DNA of 64,000 bases from the human T2T-CHM13v2.0 reference genome, Homo sapiens: assembly GCF_009914755.1 (NCBI RefSeq), contig NC_060926.1. One strand, 5' to 3'. The translations under genes were made by a program, and so were the position numbers. This document shows positions 13,427 to 26,200 of this stretch, one piece after another; the stretch's first letter is position 1; each line of letters begins with the position of its first letter. The notes beneath the pieces were generated by a model. It had not been told where the DNA came from and ran no database searches. It saw only the letters and a program-made list of their open reading frames with translations.

Positions 13427-14906
13427 TCTTTCCTTACAAGAGAAATCGCTCCTGAAATCTGACGTGCTTTGCAACAGCAGTAAGTTGACCACTGGAGAAA
13501 GTGAGGCTGGAACCACTGGAATCTTGTAGATTTCTGAGGCCAGTTCTGTTCTGACACATGCAGCTGGGAGCCACTGGTTTAGGAATTCACGTGGGCATGG
13601 GACTGTGCTTATTCAGAAAGGGCTCCCAGTCACATCCTGTATTCTCCTAAATTACTCCAATGACAAAGAAAACTCAGTGAAGACAAAGAGATCGTTTTCA
13701 TAGGCATTGTCATTTGCCAATCCATAACTCAGGAATTCATGGCTATGCTTGGATAATTCTCTCTAGACTTGGAGTGTTAAAAGTTTGCACCTAGTTATTC
13801 TCCCCTCTCTCTGGCAGGAGAATCATGTCACTGGCAAGCAATTATTGTATCCTCTTCAAATAATTCGGCCTAAATTTTCATTTATGCCTGTGTATTTATG
13901 CACAAATGTGTGTATGATATAGTATTATGGCTTCTTTTTCTGAAAATTGAAAAATTCAGAAAGCCAAAGATAATAGAATATACCTTGCGTGGCAAGGTAT
14001 ATTGATTAGGTAGGAATCAAAAATAATTGCAAAATTATTTATGCAGGAGTATTAAAATTTTCCTCAAAAGTTCCCAGGCAAATGGGTTCCTCTTTAATTT
14101 TCACCCTTACAATAAACTCTTCTGCAGGTTTTGTTTATTTTGAGGAAACATTTCACTTTTTTTTTCAAGACATGAGGTGTGAATGATGCAAAACAGTATT
14201 TGGATATGTAAACTGAATTATTTGCATAATGCATTACTAATCAGTGAGTATAAATTCTGGAGTCTGAGGACCTGAAATCAAGTGCCACCAAATTTTTTAA
14301 AATCTAGATTATAAAAGTAAAGAGCATCACCCTTCGGTGGGATAATGTACACATTTGTGTACACATTCGCATTCCGTTTATAAGAAGGAGAAATTATCCT
14401 CACAGAGTTTTCTGAGGAAAATTAAATAAGTGGCCTTTGATGTAAACTGTTTTGCTCTGACTCAACACTATGAGGCATAAGGTCCTAAATTCATAGGCAC
14501 AACCACAGAAGCACCAAGGAGAGTGAAGATATTTGCATCAAAAAGAGCAGACAGTCCCCCACCCCCACCCCATGTTGGTCGCCTACGGAATCTACAGGAA
14601 TCTGAAGGGGCAGCCAGACATTCTGCCTATACCACCCATCAGATCAGCCACCAACCGAACCAAAAACCACCCATGCCCTTCTCCAGTGGGTTCCCACCGG
14701 TGTTTTCGTGCAAGCTTAGCCCCTTCTTTGCAGAAAAAAAGATATTGATGTGCCAACAGTAGAAAGAAGAAAAAATTATTCCAGCTCTGTACACAACCTT
14801 TGTCAACCCAGCATGATAAAACCAAGTCTGGGAAACTATTTGTCTAAACACTTTTTGGAAAGGGATGAAATGGAGAGGAAAGGAAAAGGAAGTGTAGCCT
14901 AGTGGT

Positions 14907-14909
<3 letters not shown>

Positions 14910-14944
<35 letters not shown>

Positions 14945-14969
14945 ACACACACACACACACACTCACACA
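14910..14969. repeat. Interrupted (CA)n microsatellite
   Basis: Direct reading. Confidence 0.95.
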
Positions 14970-15944
14970 AATCCTTGAGGGTGCCAGGTTACATTTCTAC
15001 AACAGCTGCCTTCCATTGTCTACTGCCAGTGAAGCCAAACCAGCCTAAAATTTAATTTAATCTGCTGTAAACCCAAGTATCAGGCACTTAGATGGCAGCT
15101 AAAAGCGCCACTCTCAGATAACTGAGTGACACTTGCTAATAATAGCCTCTGTGTGAAGCGAGAGAGAGCGGACATTTTGTAAAACCAGAGGGACCCGGGC
15201 CTGGGCCTGGGCCTGGGTCTGGGAATGGTGTGATGTGGTTAGGCCAGTCTCAGCTTCCAGGCAGCAGATACGGCAGAGACGAGGCCCACCATGGCTCCCC
15301 TGTGACGGGCTGCACGAAGCCCACCAGTGACCTAGCTTTCAAGTCACACAGCGACAGTCCTGGCTTTTGCTATCTAGAAGAACAAAATTCCCCTTTCCAG
15401 CTCTGCAATTGCCACTCTGCTCCCTTTCATCTTCCATCTTGTGCCCCAGTCCTCCCTTAAAGGGAAGGCTGCTTAACCCTTGACGTGTTCTTTGTCCCCT
15501 TCTTTCTGAGAGTGTGGTCAATCTCCTCTCAGGCAAATCATCTTTCTCTAATAGCCAGGGCTCAAATGGCCAAAGAAAGGTCCCAAAGCCTTGTCTTCAT
15601 AACACTACCAGCCACGTGAGCACGTCCCAGCTGCTTCTTCCTGACCCTCACCACGAGGCACAGAGGCACCTGTGCTGAAACTCAAGCAAACGCCACATCT
15701 GACTCTGCCTCATGCACTGAAAAAGACAAGGGATCTCTGTTCTTCCAGGAGAATGGGGGACAGTGCACAGTACAGACCCTTAAATGACCCCTTCACAATG
15801 AACTTCCCAGATACAAGACTTGAGCTCACAGGTACTTTCTTGCCCATAGGACACTTGTCCCCTTGCTACCTCTGAGCCAAACCCTTGGTGAAGAAACAAC
15901 ACCGACTAAACAAGGCCATACTGCTCTCCACCAGTCAGGCAATA

Positions 15945-16250
15945 CCTTTATTTTCTGGAAAAATCTCAAATACTACAAAAGTAGAGAGAATGTTATAAAT
16001 CAGTCCCCAAGTCCACATCTTCCAGCTCCAACCACCACAGCTCACAGTCATTCTTGTCTTCTGTAACCCTATCGCCTCCCTAGCCCATTTTATTATTTAA
16101 GTTGATCCCAGACGTCATATCATTTCATCAGTAAACACCTCTGTATGTATTTTTTAAACATAGGAACTCGTTTTTTTTCTTTTAAATACAACTGCAAAAC
16201 CATTATCACACCTAAAAATAATAAAGTCACAAATAAAGTCCCGTATTACC
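15945..16250 (-). mobile_element. Old L1M (L1MB/MC-like) 3' fragment
   Basis: aaaatctcaaatactacaaaagtagagagaat and ccagacgtcatatcatttcatcagtaaacac signatures. Confidence 0.6.
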
Positions 16251-17346
16251 AAATAGGGGAGTTATTTTAAACTCAGAAATACTTCTTTCCATCTGGGTCA
16301 TGTTTTGGAGGATCCCTTCCAGTGAGGTTCAAGACTGAAGCTGCCAAGAAAAGCTTCAGAGAATCACACTCTCTAAAAAGGGCCTTGTGTAAAGCCACCT
16401 TGCATGTCAGCCCAAGCTCCTGCCCCTTGCAGTCCTTTGCCCTGTTCAGGGCTGAATGCACCCTCTGAGAGTCTCTGTGACAGTCCTCCCACATCGACTG
16501 CCCCACAGGCCCTGAGTCTCCCTCACTCCCCACCATGTGGCCCATCACCACATCCGACAAGCAGGTGCACTCCCAGTGTTCAGAACTGGAATTCATTTGT
16601 CTTGGAAGAAAGTGTTCTCCTGGACGGTTCTGCACAGAATTCATTCACAGAGCATGTCTTGGATATACAGCTGACTAGATATGTCAGTTATGTTCCAAAT
16701 GGGTTTTCACAGGTCAAGGTTCTGCAGGCAAGAGCAAATACTATTTTTAGACAGGATAAGGTCAAAATGCTTTTAGAGACAGTGAGGTCTACAATAAAAC
16801 CTATTGATCAGCCTCTGGAACTAGTGCTCCAGAGAGACACAGAGATTGAAACAAAAATTGCCTGGCCGTTTTCTCTGTAGACTCTGTGGGTAAAAGCTTG
16901 TTGGACTTAATATCTTTCAGGATATAAAATAAGTAAGAAGTAACTGTGTACAGATTACTGAAGTCCATTTAACCAGATGCAGAGGCAGGTCACAGAAAAT
17001 ACACTCATGGCAGAACCGTAAAGAAGGGAGATTTCAAGGCAACACGTGTTGCAACCTAGAGAAAGAATAAACACCAGTCTTCTCAACTCAGGGGAGGCAC
17101 AAAGGACAGCCTGCCATCCAGGATTCCTGCTTGGGACTGTTGCTCCTAAATTTGCCACTATGATCCTCAATCCAGCGCTATGTGAACAACAGACTTTCAG
17201 ATAAATAGTATGGAGATAATTTGCTTAAGTCAGATTTTGATGAAAAGTGGTTTCTACATGGATAGCTTTCAAAAACTTCTATATTGATTTGATGGAATCA
17301 TGGTGAATTCTAAAGACTTTCCTATTCTCTCTCTCTCCCTTTCTAC

Positions 17347-17452
17347 ACACACACAGGCACACAACTATATATATATTCATACATGCATATACGTATGTAT
17401 ATATGTAGTATGTACATATGTATGTGTGTATATAGATGCATATGTATATATG
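17347..17452. repeat. Degenerate (CA)/(TA)/(TATG)n low-complexity repeat
   Basis: Direct reading. Confidence 0.85.
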
Positions 17453-19434
17453 CTTTATCTTATGATGACAGTGTTGATGTGTTTGGGGATTTTTTTTTTT
17501 TTCAAAAAGAGTTAATAAGCCTTTTATAGGTGTACCACACAAGACTCCAGTAAGCAAAATCATTCATTGCCAGGCAAAACTTGAGAAATACATTTAGAAA
17601 TCATACGAGCACACAGGAGCTCAATCAAGTAAATGAATCACCAAGGCACAGAAAGTCACTGGAAAATTACTTAACTAGCCCAAACGTTCAAGAATTGACC
17701 AAGGTTTAAGCAGTAAACCCTAAATAATTTATTTAAGCCAAATAGGAGCTTTAAGCACAGACATTAATGTAATGGACTATCCCATCTTAAACTTCAGCCA
17801 GAGATCTAAAACTTTGAAGTCAATTATGTTCCCATAAATACCTCTCCATTATCAGGGGTGCTTTATTGTTTGAGAGACTCCGGACCACAGGAACTAGTGT
17901 GAAAACTGGAGGGTATCTTCATTTATCATCCGCTCCCATTTCGCAAACAAAATATGCCATGGTAAATATAATCTATATATCACATTGTGACACAGCTGAC
18001 CGCATTAGTGAGCCAAGACTGTCCTAGCGGCAGCTTCCTATCATGCATTAACAATACAACGGCTGATACATTTGCACAACACAATAAGAGGTGGGGGAGA
18101 AGAGAGAACATTGGGCTATGAAATCCTAAACTTCATGTCTGAATACATAATTTTGTCACCTATCTCTGGCATGAATGTTATCATGCTTTTATTTCAGGTA
18201 ATAATGGAAGGGGAAAGTAGAGCCTCTGGGGGGCTGCCATTCATTCGGCCTGTTATTTGCTTTTGGGTTGGGTTAGGGCTAAACTTTATGTTCCTTGTTT
18301 TTGTTTTTGTTTTTTTTTCTTTTTTCTTGTTTTTTAAGATTTTATTTTGTTACCAGAGATAGAAGAGCATGCAAAATCAGAAACAGCTGATTACCAGTGC
18401 CCTTACAGAGCATGCCTATTAAAAATCCCCAAAACATTATAAATTAAAGAGGCAGTAATTTAAATAAATTACCTTTTTATTGAAGCTATAGATCTCAAGA
18501 GTGCCTGTGTCCTACAAGGAACACATATTTCACAACTGATTCATTTGCCCCTTACTCTGAGCACATGGGATAATAAAAGAAAGTTTTAGATCATCATTAT
18601 CCAAAGGATAACTTTGAATGCCCTTTTTCAGCATGCTTCTGAAAACATTTCATATCTCATTCAATGCCACATATAAATGGTATTTGCTGGACAGTGTGGA
18701 AAACAGAAACATCCGTGCTAAAAGCCAATGGTAAACACCAAGTTTAAAAAATGGATTGCAAAGATCGCATGTCCCAGAACAGGCCATATGCTTTTACCTA
18801 CATGATGAATAAAAAAAGAACATTTTCCCTCAATTTATGCTGTCTTCAACACTAACAGAGGGAGAGTTCTTCTAAACATGTTGCATCGGATGCCTTTAAC
18901 AAGCAAAAATTCCTAACTCCAGGGACTCAGCATATGTAGGCTATGTCCATACAGAGAAACCAGCTTTTGGGAGGAGGAAGGAGGAAAATATCACTGAATT
19001 CAGTCAGTTAATTGAATTTAAAATACCTGGTTGTTTGAATTCAACTATTTCTTTTTCAAAAACGTACTTCTATTTTGATGTAGTTACATTTGCCCAAAAA
19101 AGCAAACTTGGAGAAAATACACATTACATTCTTTGGAGTTTTTCAAAAAAAACAGCTTGCAACAATTAAAAGATGGAGAAATCTTATAAGGCTGGAAACT
19201 TCTGTGAATTATCACCATTCCATTATACTGCACTTCAATTTTGCTTCCAGCAATTTGAAAGATGCCTTTAAGCTTTCTGTTGGGGAATCACGAATCCAAG
19301 CCTTAATCTCCACCATAGCTTCCATCTTTGAGGCAAATCAAGAAAATAATATTCTGCTGTCTTTGCAGGTGAGCCCCATTCAGCAACTAGATTCCAAAAA
19401 ATAGCAGGGAGAAAACTGGTCAGTGGTGTTCATA

Positions 19435-19610
19435 CTATGCTAGAACATCATGGGGACTTAGAGACCCACCCAGTCCAAACTATCTATTTTACCTACTTTA
19501 CAAGACAAGGAAACAAATGCTAACAGGTGAAGGGAGCCCAAAATCTCACAGCATGATACAATAAGGGTCAGAACCCAGGTGTCCTGGTTTTCAGATCAGT
19601 GTCTCTCTGT
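19435..19610 (-). mobile_element. MIR-like SINE fragment
   Basis: ggacttagagacccacccagtccaa ... agaacccaggtgtcctggttttcagatcagtg. Confidence 0.55.
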
Positions 19611-22514
19611 TAACACTAAAAGTCAAAGTTTGGTTCTGGAAAATCTGTAATGCCCAAAAGACCTTAAATGCCCTCCCCCCAAACCAGTCTTGGTAATTTC
19701 TCCATGGCTTTCACAGAAGGGTAAATGTCTACTTGGAAGGCCTTTACTAATTTTTATGTTATCTTCTTCCTTCATTCGTGTTTGGTAATCAAAAATAGTT
19801 TATCATAATGCTCTCAATTGGAAGGTCTTCATACTACAGGCAGATACTGTTATTTTCTGGTAGAGGATGGCAGCAGGGCTGGGAAAAAAGAATGTGGTTT
19901 TTTTCTAACCACAGTAGGTTTTTTCTATAACAATGATTTCACTTTCTAGATATAAAACAGGCATGGTTTCTCTCACCCTGAACTTCTGCAAAATCTAGAT
20001 TTGATCAAATTCAGAAACTGGTGATTTGATCAAATTCAGAATCCCATATTTTGGGATGATGTGTTCTAGCAGAAAGCTATTGGTTGGCTATATTTTGCTC
20101 TTTCTTCCCCAAAAGATTTTTAAATAGTTTTCATCTTTAAAAGGATTTCAACTTCAGATTGTGCCCACGCCAAAGTCTCTATACATCTAATCAATAAATA
20201 AATAAGACAAACAAAGCAGCATATGTTTATCCTTTACCATTTGGGAAGTGTACATTAATTACTGCAGATTGTCTCCTATGCATCTCCCCCCACCCCCTCT
20301 GCATCGCAGACAGCAGTGCTCAAAAGGGTCCGCAAAATAAAAATGTGTCGGGTAATTAAATGGGTATTTATAATTAGAACTTAATAATTTGCATCAGGGA
20401 CAAATGAGCTCTGATTTTAATCTGCAGCGCATTTAGATTAGCCCAAAGATAGTGTAATTTGATGGTTTATAGGCCTCCTCTCGGATTATGAAACAATACC
20501 AAGCCTTCAAGTGCAGTGTGTCTATGTCAGGAGGGTGTTAAAGAAGAAGATGCAATGAAAATGTTTGACAACGTGAAAGCAGCCATAAATTACATGACAA
20601 CTGTGTAAAAGTCATGATGAAACAAATAAAGGGCTGACCTATAATGCGTCTGATTCATTGTGACACACACAACTCCCTGCGCTAATCTCTGCCCAGCCAA
20701 CGCATTCTTAAGCGGGGAACTACTTAGCACCAGGAACGTTGTAAATTATCACTAGTCAACAGCATTGATTTTTAGTCGACATTTCAATCAGGTTGAAGTA
20801 GAAATACTACCCGGCTCATCCAACAGCCTCTTAACCAGTCCACTGCCCCTCTGAGGTCTCCCCGGTTATGGCTTTGCTAAATTTCCATTGCTCTCACCAT
20901 TCGATATTTATTGTAGCTTTGCCACATCCAGGCACTTGGCCTGAAGGGTCACCGGCCTGCCTCTTGGGACATCAAATTTGTGCTTACCTAACGAAGGCAG
21001 AAACAGAAAAAGAAAAAGAAACAAAAGGCCATCATCAGAGATGTGGCCTGATTTTCACTGATTTTCAAGGGAAGAGAAGGAAAACTAGGGGGTGCGAGCG
21101 AGGGAAATAAGAAGGGTTCTAAAGCCATGATACGCCTTTTATCATTTCAGCTTTATCATTTCAGTCTAGGAGACCCAGCAAATAAAACTAAGAGCTTCTC
21201 TTCCAGGGTGACAAGGGAGAACCACTACACTCTTGACCCAAGGGTATGTAGAGACAATGAAGAGGGCCAAGAGAAGGGGTGAGGGGGAAGGGCTTGCATG
21301 ACCTCCATTGAGGACGTCCATGCCCCGGGACAGAGTGCGAAGTAAAAGTGAAGCTTTGGAGCTCTTGACCCACATGGATTCTCAGCAGCCACCTCCATCC
21401 CACCTCAAACTCAGAAGACAACCTGGATGTGACCGACAACTTCTTTGTGATGGATCTGAACAGCCTCCCTTGGTTCTAGCAGAAGGACTTACCAAGTGAG
21501 CAGAGCTCCCATCCGATACTCGCCAGTGCTGAGGCCAACTCTTCCACTCCTCCCACGGGGCCTCCGCATGAAGTAGGCGCTTCTCAACTACCAAATGATT
21601 CTGAAATTCTCTCAGTGGAGGTCTATGTTAGCCTGGCCAATTTGAAAGGATGGAGAATACAGGAAAACAGTAACATTTGGTTTTGGAATACATTGTGTAA
21701 TCCATCTGCAACGAACCTCAGGTCTTGCTTCAGCAAATATTAATAGCGTCAGGGCAGCCTGTGGAGTGACTGGGAGAGGCCACCACGCAGCTGAAAACTT
21801 GCCTCTGGGGAAGCCACATGCGGATCATATGGAGCTGTTGACTGCAGTTTCCATTCAAAACTTCCCTCAAGTTTCCAGCATGCCTTCCGGACTTGCCTTA
21901 CCACAGCCTTGTTCAGCCAGAAATGAAAACCTCCTCGAAGCAGATTATGACCCCCCAGAACCCATCGTCCTAAGAAACACCACTGCCACGCACACTCACT
22001 CACACTCAGTCTCTCCCTCCCTGTATAATTCTGATTCTCCCCAGCCTTTGAAGGTACGATCCGAGAAGTAAATGCCACAGAGACAACACACAGAACTGCT
22101 GCAGGCCAAGCCTCACCACTTCTTAAAAGTCCGAGCTTAGTTTCTCATTCAGCCCACTGCAGTCTCCTGACCAAGCCACACACAAACAGTAAAACCTCCT
22201 CCCTCTGTTTCTCAGGACCCTCACTTGATTTCAGGCTCATTCTGGACAGATGGGGAAATGACTACTTGCAAAGCAGGATTCCTTACATTGCAACTTTTCC
22301 CAACAGCTCCGTGCTCCTTCAATATGCCCAGAACTGGAGGGGAACATTCTTCTCTTTCCCAGAAGATTGAAAAACTTGACCACAGAACCCATGGGAGGGA
22401 CAACTGTCCAGCACCAGAGCTTCCTGCCCAGTTGTTGCCTGGCACCGCTGAAGAAAGCTGCAAACATACTGAAGAGGTAGCAGAGGGTGGCGGCCGCAGG
22501 CCAAAGGATTGAAC

Positions 22515-22845
22515 AACTGTGGACCCTCAGGGAAGTCATTTAACCCTTGATGAACCCCAATTTCCTCCTCTACCAAATGAGGCTAATGGGAGTGTTTCCT
22601 TTCCGAGGTTGTTGTGGGATGGAATATCAATGTGTCAGACACATGGTAATAATGACAACAGCAATTCTGGAGGTGCAGCCCCCGGAGCGAGTAATGTCTG
22701 TGCTTTCCCTCATTTACTTCTCACATGGACTCTATGAGGTAAGGGACCTTGAGTTATCTCCATTTCACAGAGAGGTGAAATGATTCCCTCAGACTCTCCC
22801 AACCAGCTAGCAGTAACATAGAAATCTGAACCCAGAGTAACTGTG
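22515..22845. mobile_element. Two oppositely oriented MIR fragments
   Basis: aagtcatttaacccttgatgaaccccaatttcctcctctaccaaatga (+) and ttatctccatttcacagagagg...atctgaacccag (-). Confidence 0.55.
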
Positions 22846-23069
22846 TCACACACCCAGGCAGGCACAAGCCTCTCGTAAGGCAACACACGTCTATGGGGAG
22901 AGGGGACTCCCACCCACGAGGGAGCTGCCACCAGAAACATAATGAGACCCTGAGCTCTTTAGACCCCCACCTGCCCTGCTCTTCTCTCATCCCAACCTGC
23001 TCACCCCATAATGGGGGAACTACTTTGAGACCCCAGGAGCACACAGTTCCAAGCCATGAGTCATAACCG

Positions 23070-23258
23070 TAATAGTAATGAGCTTTTGTGACATGTTTTA
23101 CCATGTGCCCAGCACTGAGCCCAGCGCCCCCACATGCTCTCATAGGATGCTCAAAGGCCCTATGAGGCAAGCCCCGTGATTCCCCCCACTTTACAGATTG
23201 AGGAAGCGGAGGCTTAGGGAATGAAATCTGCCCAAGGTTGCACAACTAGAAATGGTAT
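23070..23258 (-). mobile_element. MIR SINE fragment
   Basis: ccccactttacagattgaggaagcggaggcttagggaatgaaatctgcccaaggttgcacaactagaaatgg. Confidence 0.75.
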
Positions 23259-26200
23259 TACTTCTTTACCCTCAGCCTAAACCATTTTATTTCGTGTAAT
23301 CAAAGAGAAGAAGAAAAGAAAGAAGATACATCATATGTCAAGGGCATATTTCCCCTCTTTCTGTCCCTCCTCCCTTTCTTACCAGCTCAGGTTACAAAGA
23401 CATCTAGGTGGGAGAGAAGACTGCCTCTAAGGGCTTGGCTGAGTTGGCGGGCGGGAGCGGGGGCAGGTATCCATGGGATAAACCCAGAGGCCCCCAAATT
23501 TTCCCAGTTTTTATTTGCTACTAGAAAAGGAGAAGGAAATCCTGCCTCCCTTATGAGGCCTAGCCAGGGGAAGTAAATGTGATTTTATCACATTTTATAT
23601 AGATGTGCACAATGGTGCCTTTTCAAGTCTATGATGGGAAAAATATTTTTTATTGTGTGAATATCATTTCAGACAGGTCCCCAAACCACTTGAAAGCCCT
23701 GGTGTCCCCTAGGTGGGATTCTATGAACCCAGCTTTAGCCCCAGCAGCTCCTCTGGTGGGAACTAGAACATGCCTCCTGCCAGTTAGTAACAGGGAAATT
23801 CAATTACTTCGCCACTTGTGGCAGGAGGGCAAAGACTGCACATTAAAAGAGCTAAAAATGTCAGGAAGTTATTGGGATGATGACTCCTGCTTGCCAACAT
23901 TCATATATGAATGCATAATGTCACAATAAACTAAAAAACACAGGAAGAGGCCAAGAAGATAAGAAAATCGAGAACAAAACAAGCCCAAACACATGGGTTT
24001 GCCATCGGTCCTGGGTCCTGCCCAGGAAAGGCTGCGCCTCTAACAAGAGCACCTTTTCCCCACCCCTGGCCTTTCTTGAGCCTTCCTTGAGCCTTCCTTG
24101 CATATTATCGTTCTCAGCCACCGACAGCTTAATTCACAGGCCCTTCCAACAAGTTAAACTTCAGCCATTTAAAAAAAAAAAAAAAAAAAAAGAGTTTCCA
24201 CTGATTTCTTACCTGCACACGCAGGCACGCCGGCCACGCCCCACCCCACTGCACCACGAGCTCTCACACCTGGTCGCCTGAACACAACCAAACCCTTCCC
24301 ATCTGGCCCTCGGGTTACTGGCGTTATCACAACTTTTTTTCCCAACGGCAAGCCAGGAAAGATGATAGAACCCGCATATGTAGCCAAAAGACTGGCCTCA
24401 ACTGGTTCAGAGGAGGGAAAAAATTGAGCTGTGCGTCTCTTTTTTTTTTTATTTTTTATTTTTTTGCCTTTAGCCAAAAGACCAGGGAGCATTTGATGTA
24501 CAGTCAGCAGGTATTTAAAAAAGAAAGAAAGAAAAAGGAAAAAAAAAACACTGAAAAGGCTTGGCTGCACTGGGGCCCTGACACGCTCTCATCTAAAGCC
24601 TGGCCCTCGGCCAAGTTCATCTGTTAATGGACAACCACAACCAGGGCCTGCACCTCCCCCACCTCCCACTACCCCTCCTGAGTCTTCTCTGTTCTCCTAC
24701 CTCTTTCGAGCTCCTAAAAACTAGACATCGATTATGTCTGCGCTTTTCCCTTTCTATTCAAGATAAACAAAGTGCTTCAAGTTCAGGGCGCACCCTGGGA
24801 CCCCTGACAAAACAATCTATCATTCTGTCTGCTAAACCAGTCTGGCTACACCATGGCCAGGGAGAGTAACGCTCCCAATGTACAATTTTCCCTTTGTGCT
24901 CCTTCCCTCTTGCCACTAACCTCTTTTCTTTACCACCTTCTCCGGAGCAGATGGACTTGACCACTTTGCTTAAGCCCCTCCTGGCAACCTCAGAAATTAG
25001 AGAAAAAAAAAAAAAGAGCTCCTGGCTACCCTACTCCGGTCCAGGTTTTTCTCCTCCCTCTGTGTTGCCCGACGGTCCTGCACACACAGACACAAATCCC
25101 GTTGGACCCACAGAATCTTTTCGACCCTCTCACACTAACACTAAACCAGAAAATAAATTAAATACTGGGACTGCCCCCTCCTTTGCGTTCTGCAAGAATA
25201 TTTTAAGTGAGTTTTGTTTTAAATCATATCCATTAATTTACCCTGACTTGCAATTAAATGCAAGCACACTTTTTACAACCAGTACGGAATGCATTAATTA
25301 TAACTACAAATGGTCAAATGAGAGCAAGGTCCCTCCAAAAAATATTAATAAAATACATAATAAATAATATTAATGAAACAAAAATAGATTCATAAGCCTT
25401 GGCCAGGGCTTTTATTATTTCATGCAAGGGGAAAGTCCAGCCAATGAAACTTGCTCCATACACTTTGGCAGGACTCAGACCAACCACTACCATTAAACTC
25501 AAGAGCGTGTTTTGGCAGTGCCCTGGCATTGGGGGGCCCTGTGCAGACACCACCAGGAGACGCTGACCCCAGTACCCAAGGCAGGGTCCATAACGTCTTA
25601 TTCAGCCTTTCCATGTGGTCGGGAAGTTACCCACAGGCTGCTTCCCTCTTCCTAACCACCCTCTCTGCCGGCCGCAGCTGTTCTGTCAGTGTCCACCCTG
25701 CCCCTCAAAGGACAAATGAAATCCCCCAGACCCAGTGGGAAATAAGCCCACCTAAATGAAGAACTCAAGACTAGGGCACCATGAGCATCTGGGTTAAGGC
25801 TCGGAATCCTGCACCAGCGTTGGAAGCTGCCTTTGTTCCTGCCACACCGCCGGGCCCCTGCTAACCTGTCTCCACAACACTCAGCCTCACGCCTCACCCC
25901 AGCACTCCCTGCCTCTGCCCCTCCCCCCAAATCCAACACACCCACCGCACAATCGAATCTAATTAAGATCAGGAAGAAATTTGCATTTTCTTTTCACTGT
26001 ACCCCCAGTAATCACAGAAGTTCTTCAAATTTTGAGAATTTTGTTCCTCTGCTAATTATTTCCCTCATTTTGCATTTCAAGGCACAAAGACAGTCTATCT
26101 CACTGGTGGTCTATTAATAGTTTGAAGTTTTGAGCGTCAGAAGGTGGTTGTTGCTTTTTGGTTTTTGGGTTTTTTTTTTTTTCCTTTTAAAACTATTCTG

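Noticed and set aside
21766-22071. Protein-like 101-aa plus-strand ORF with nearby acceptor- and donor-like sites
   Set aside because: Non-ATG start in the track, antisense within an intron, no recognisable homology; would need RNA-seq or PhyloCSF support
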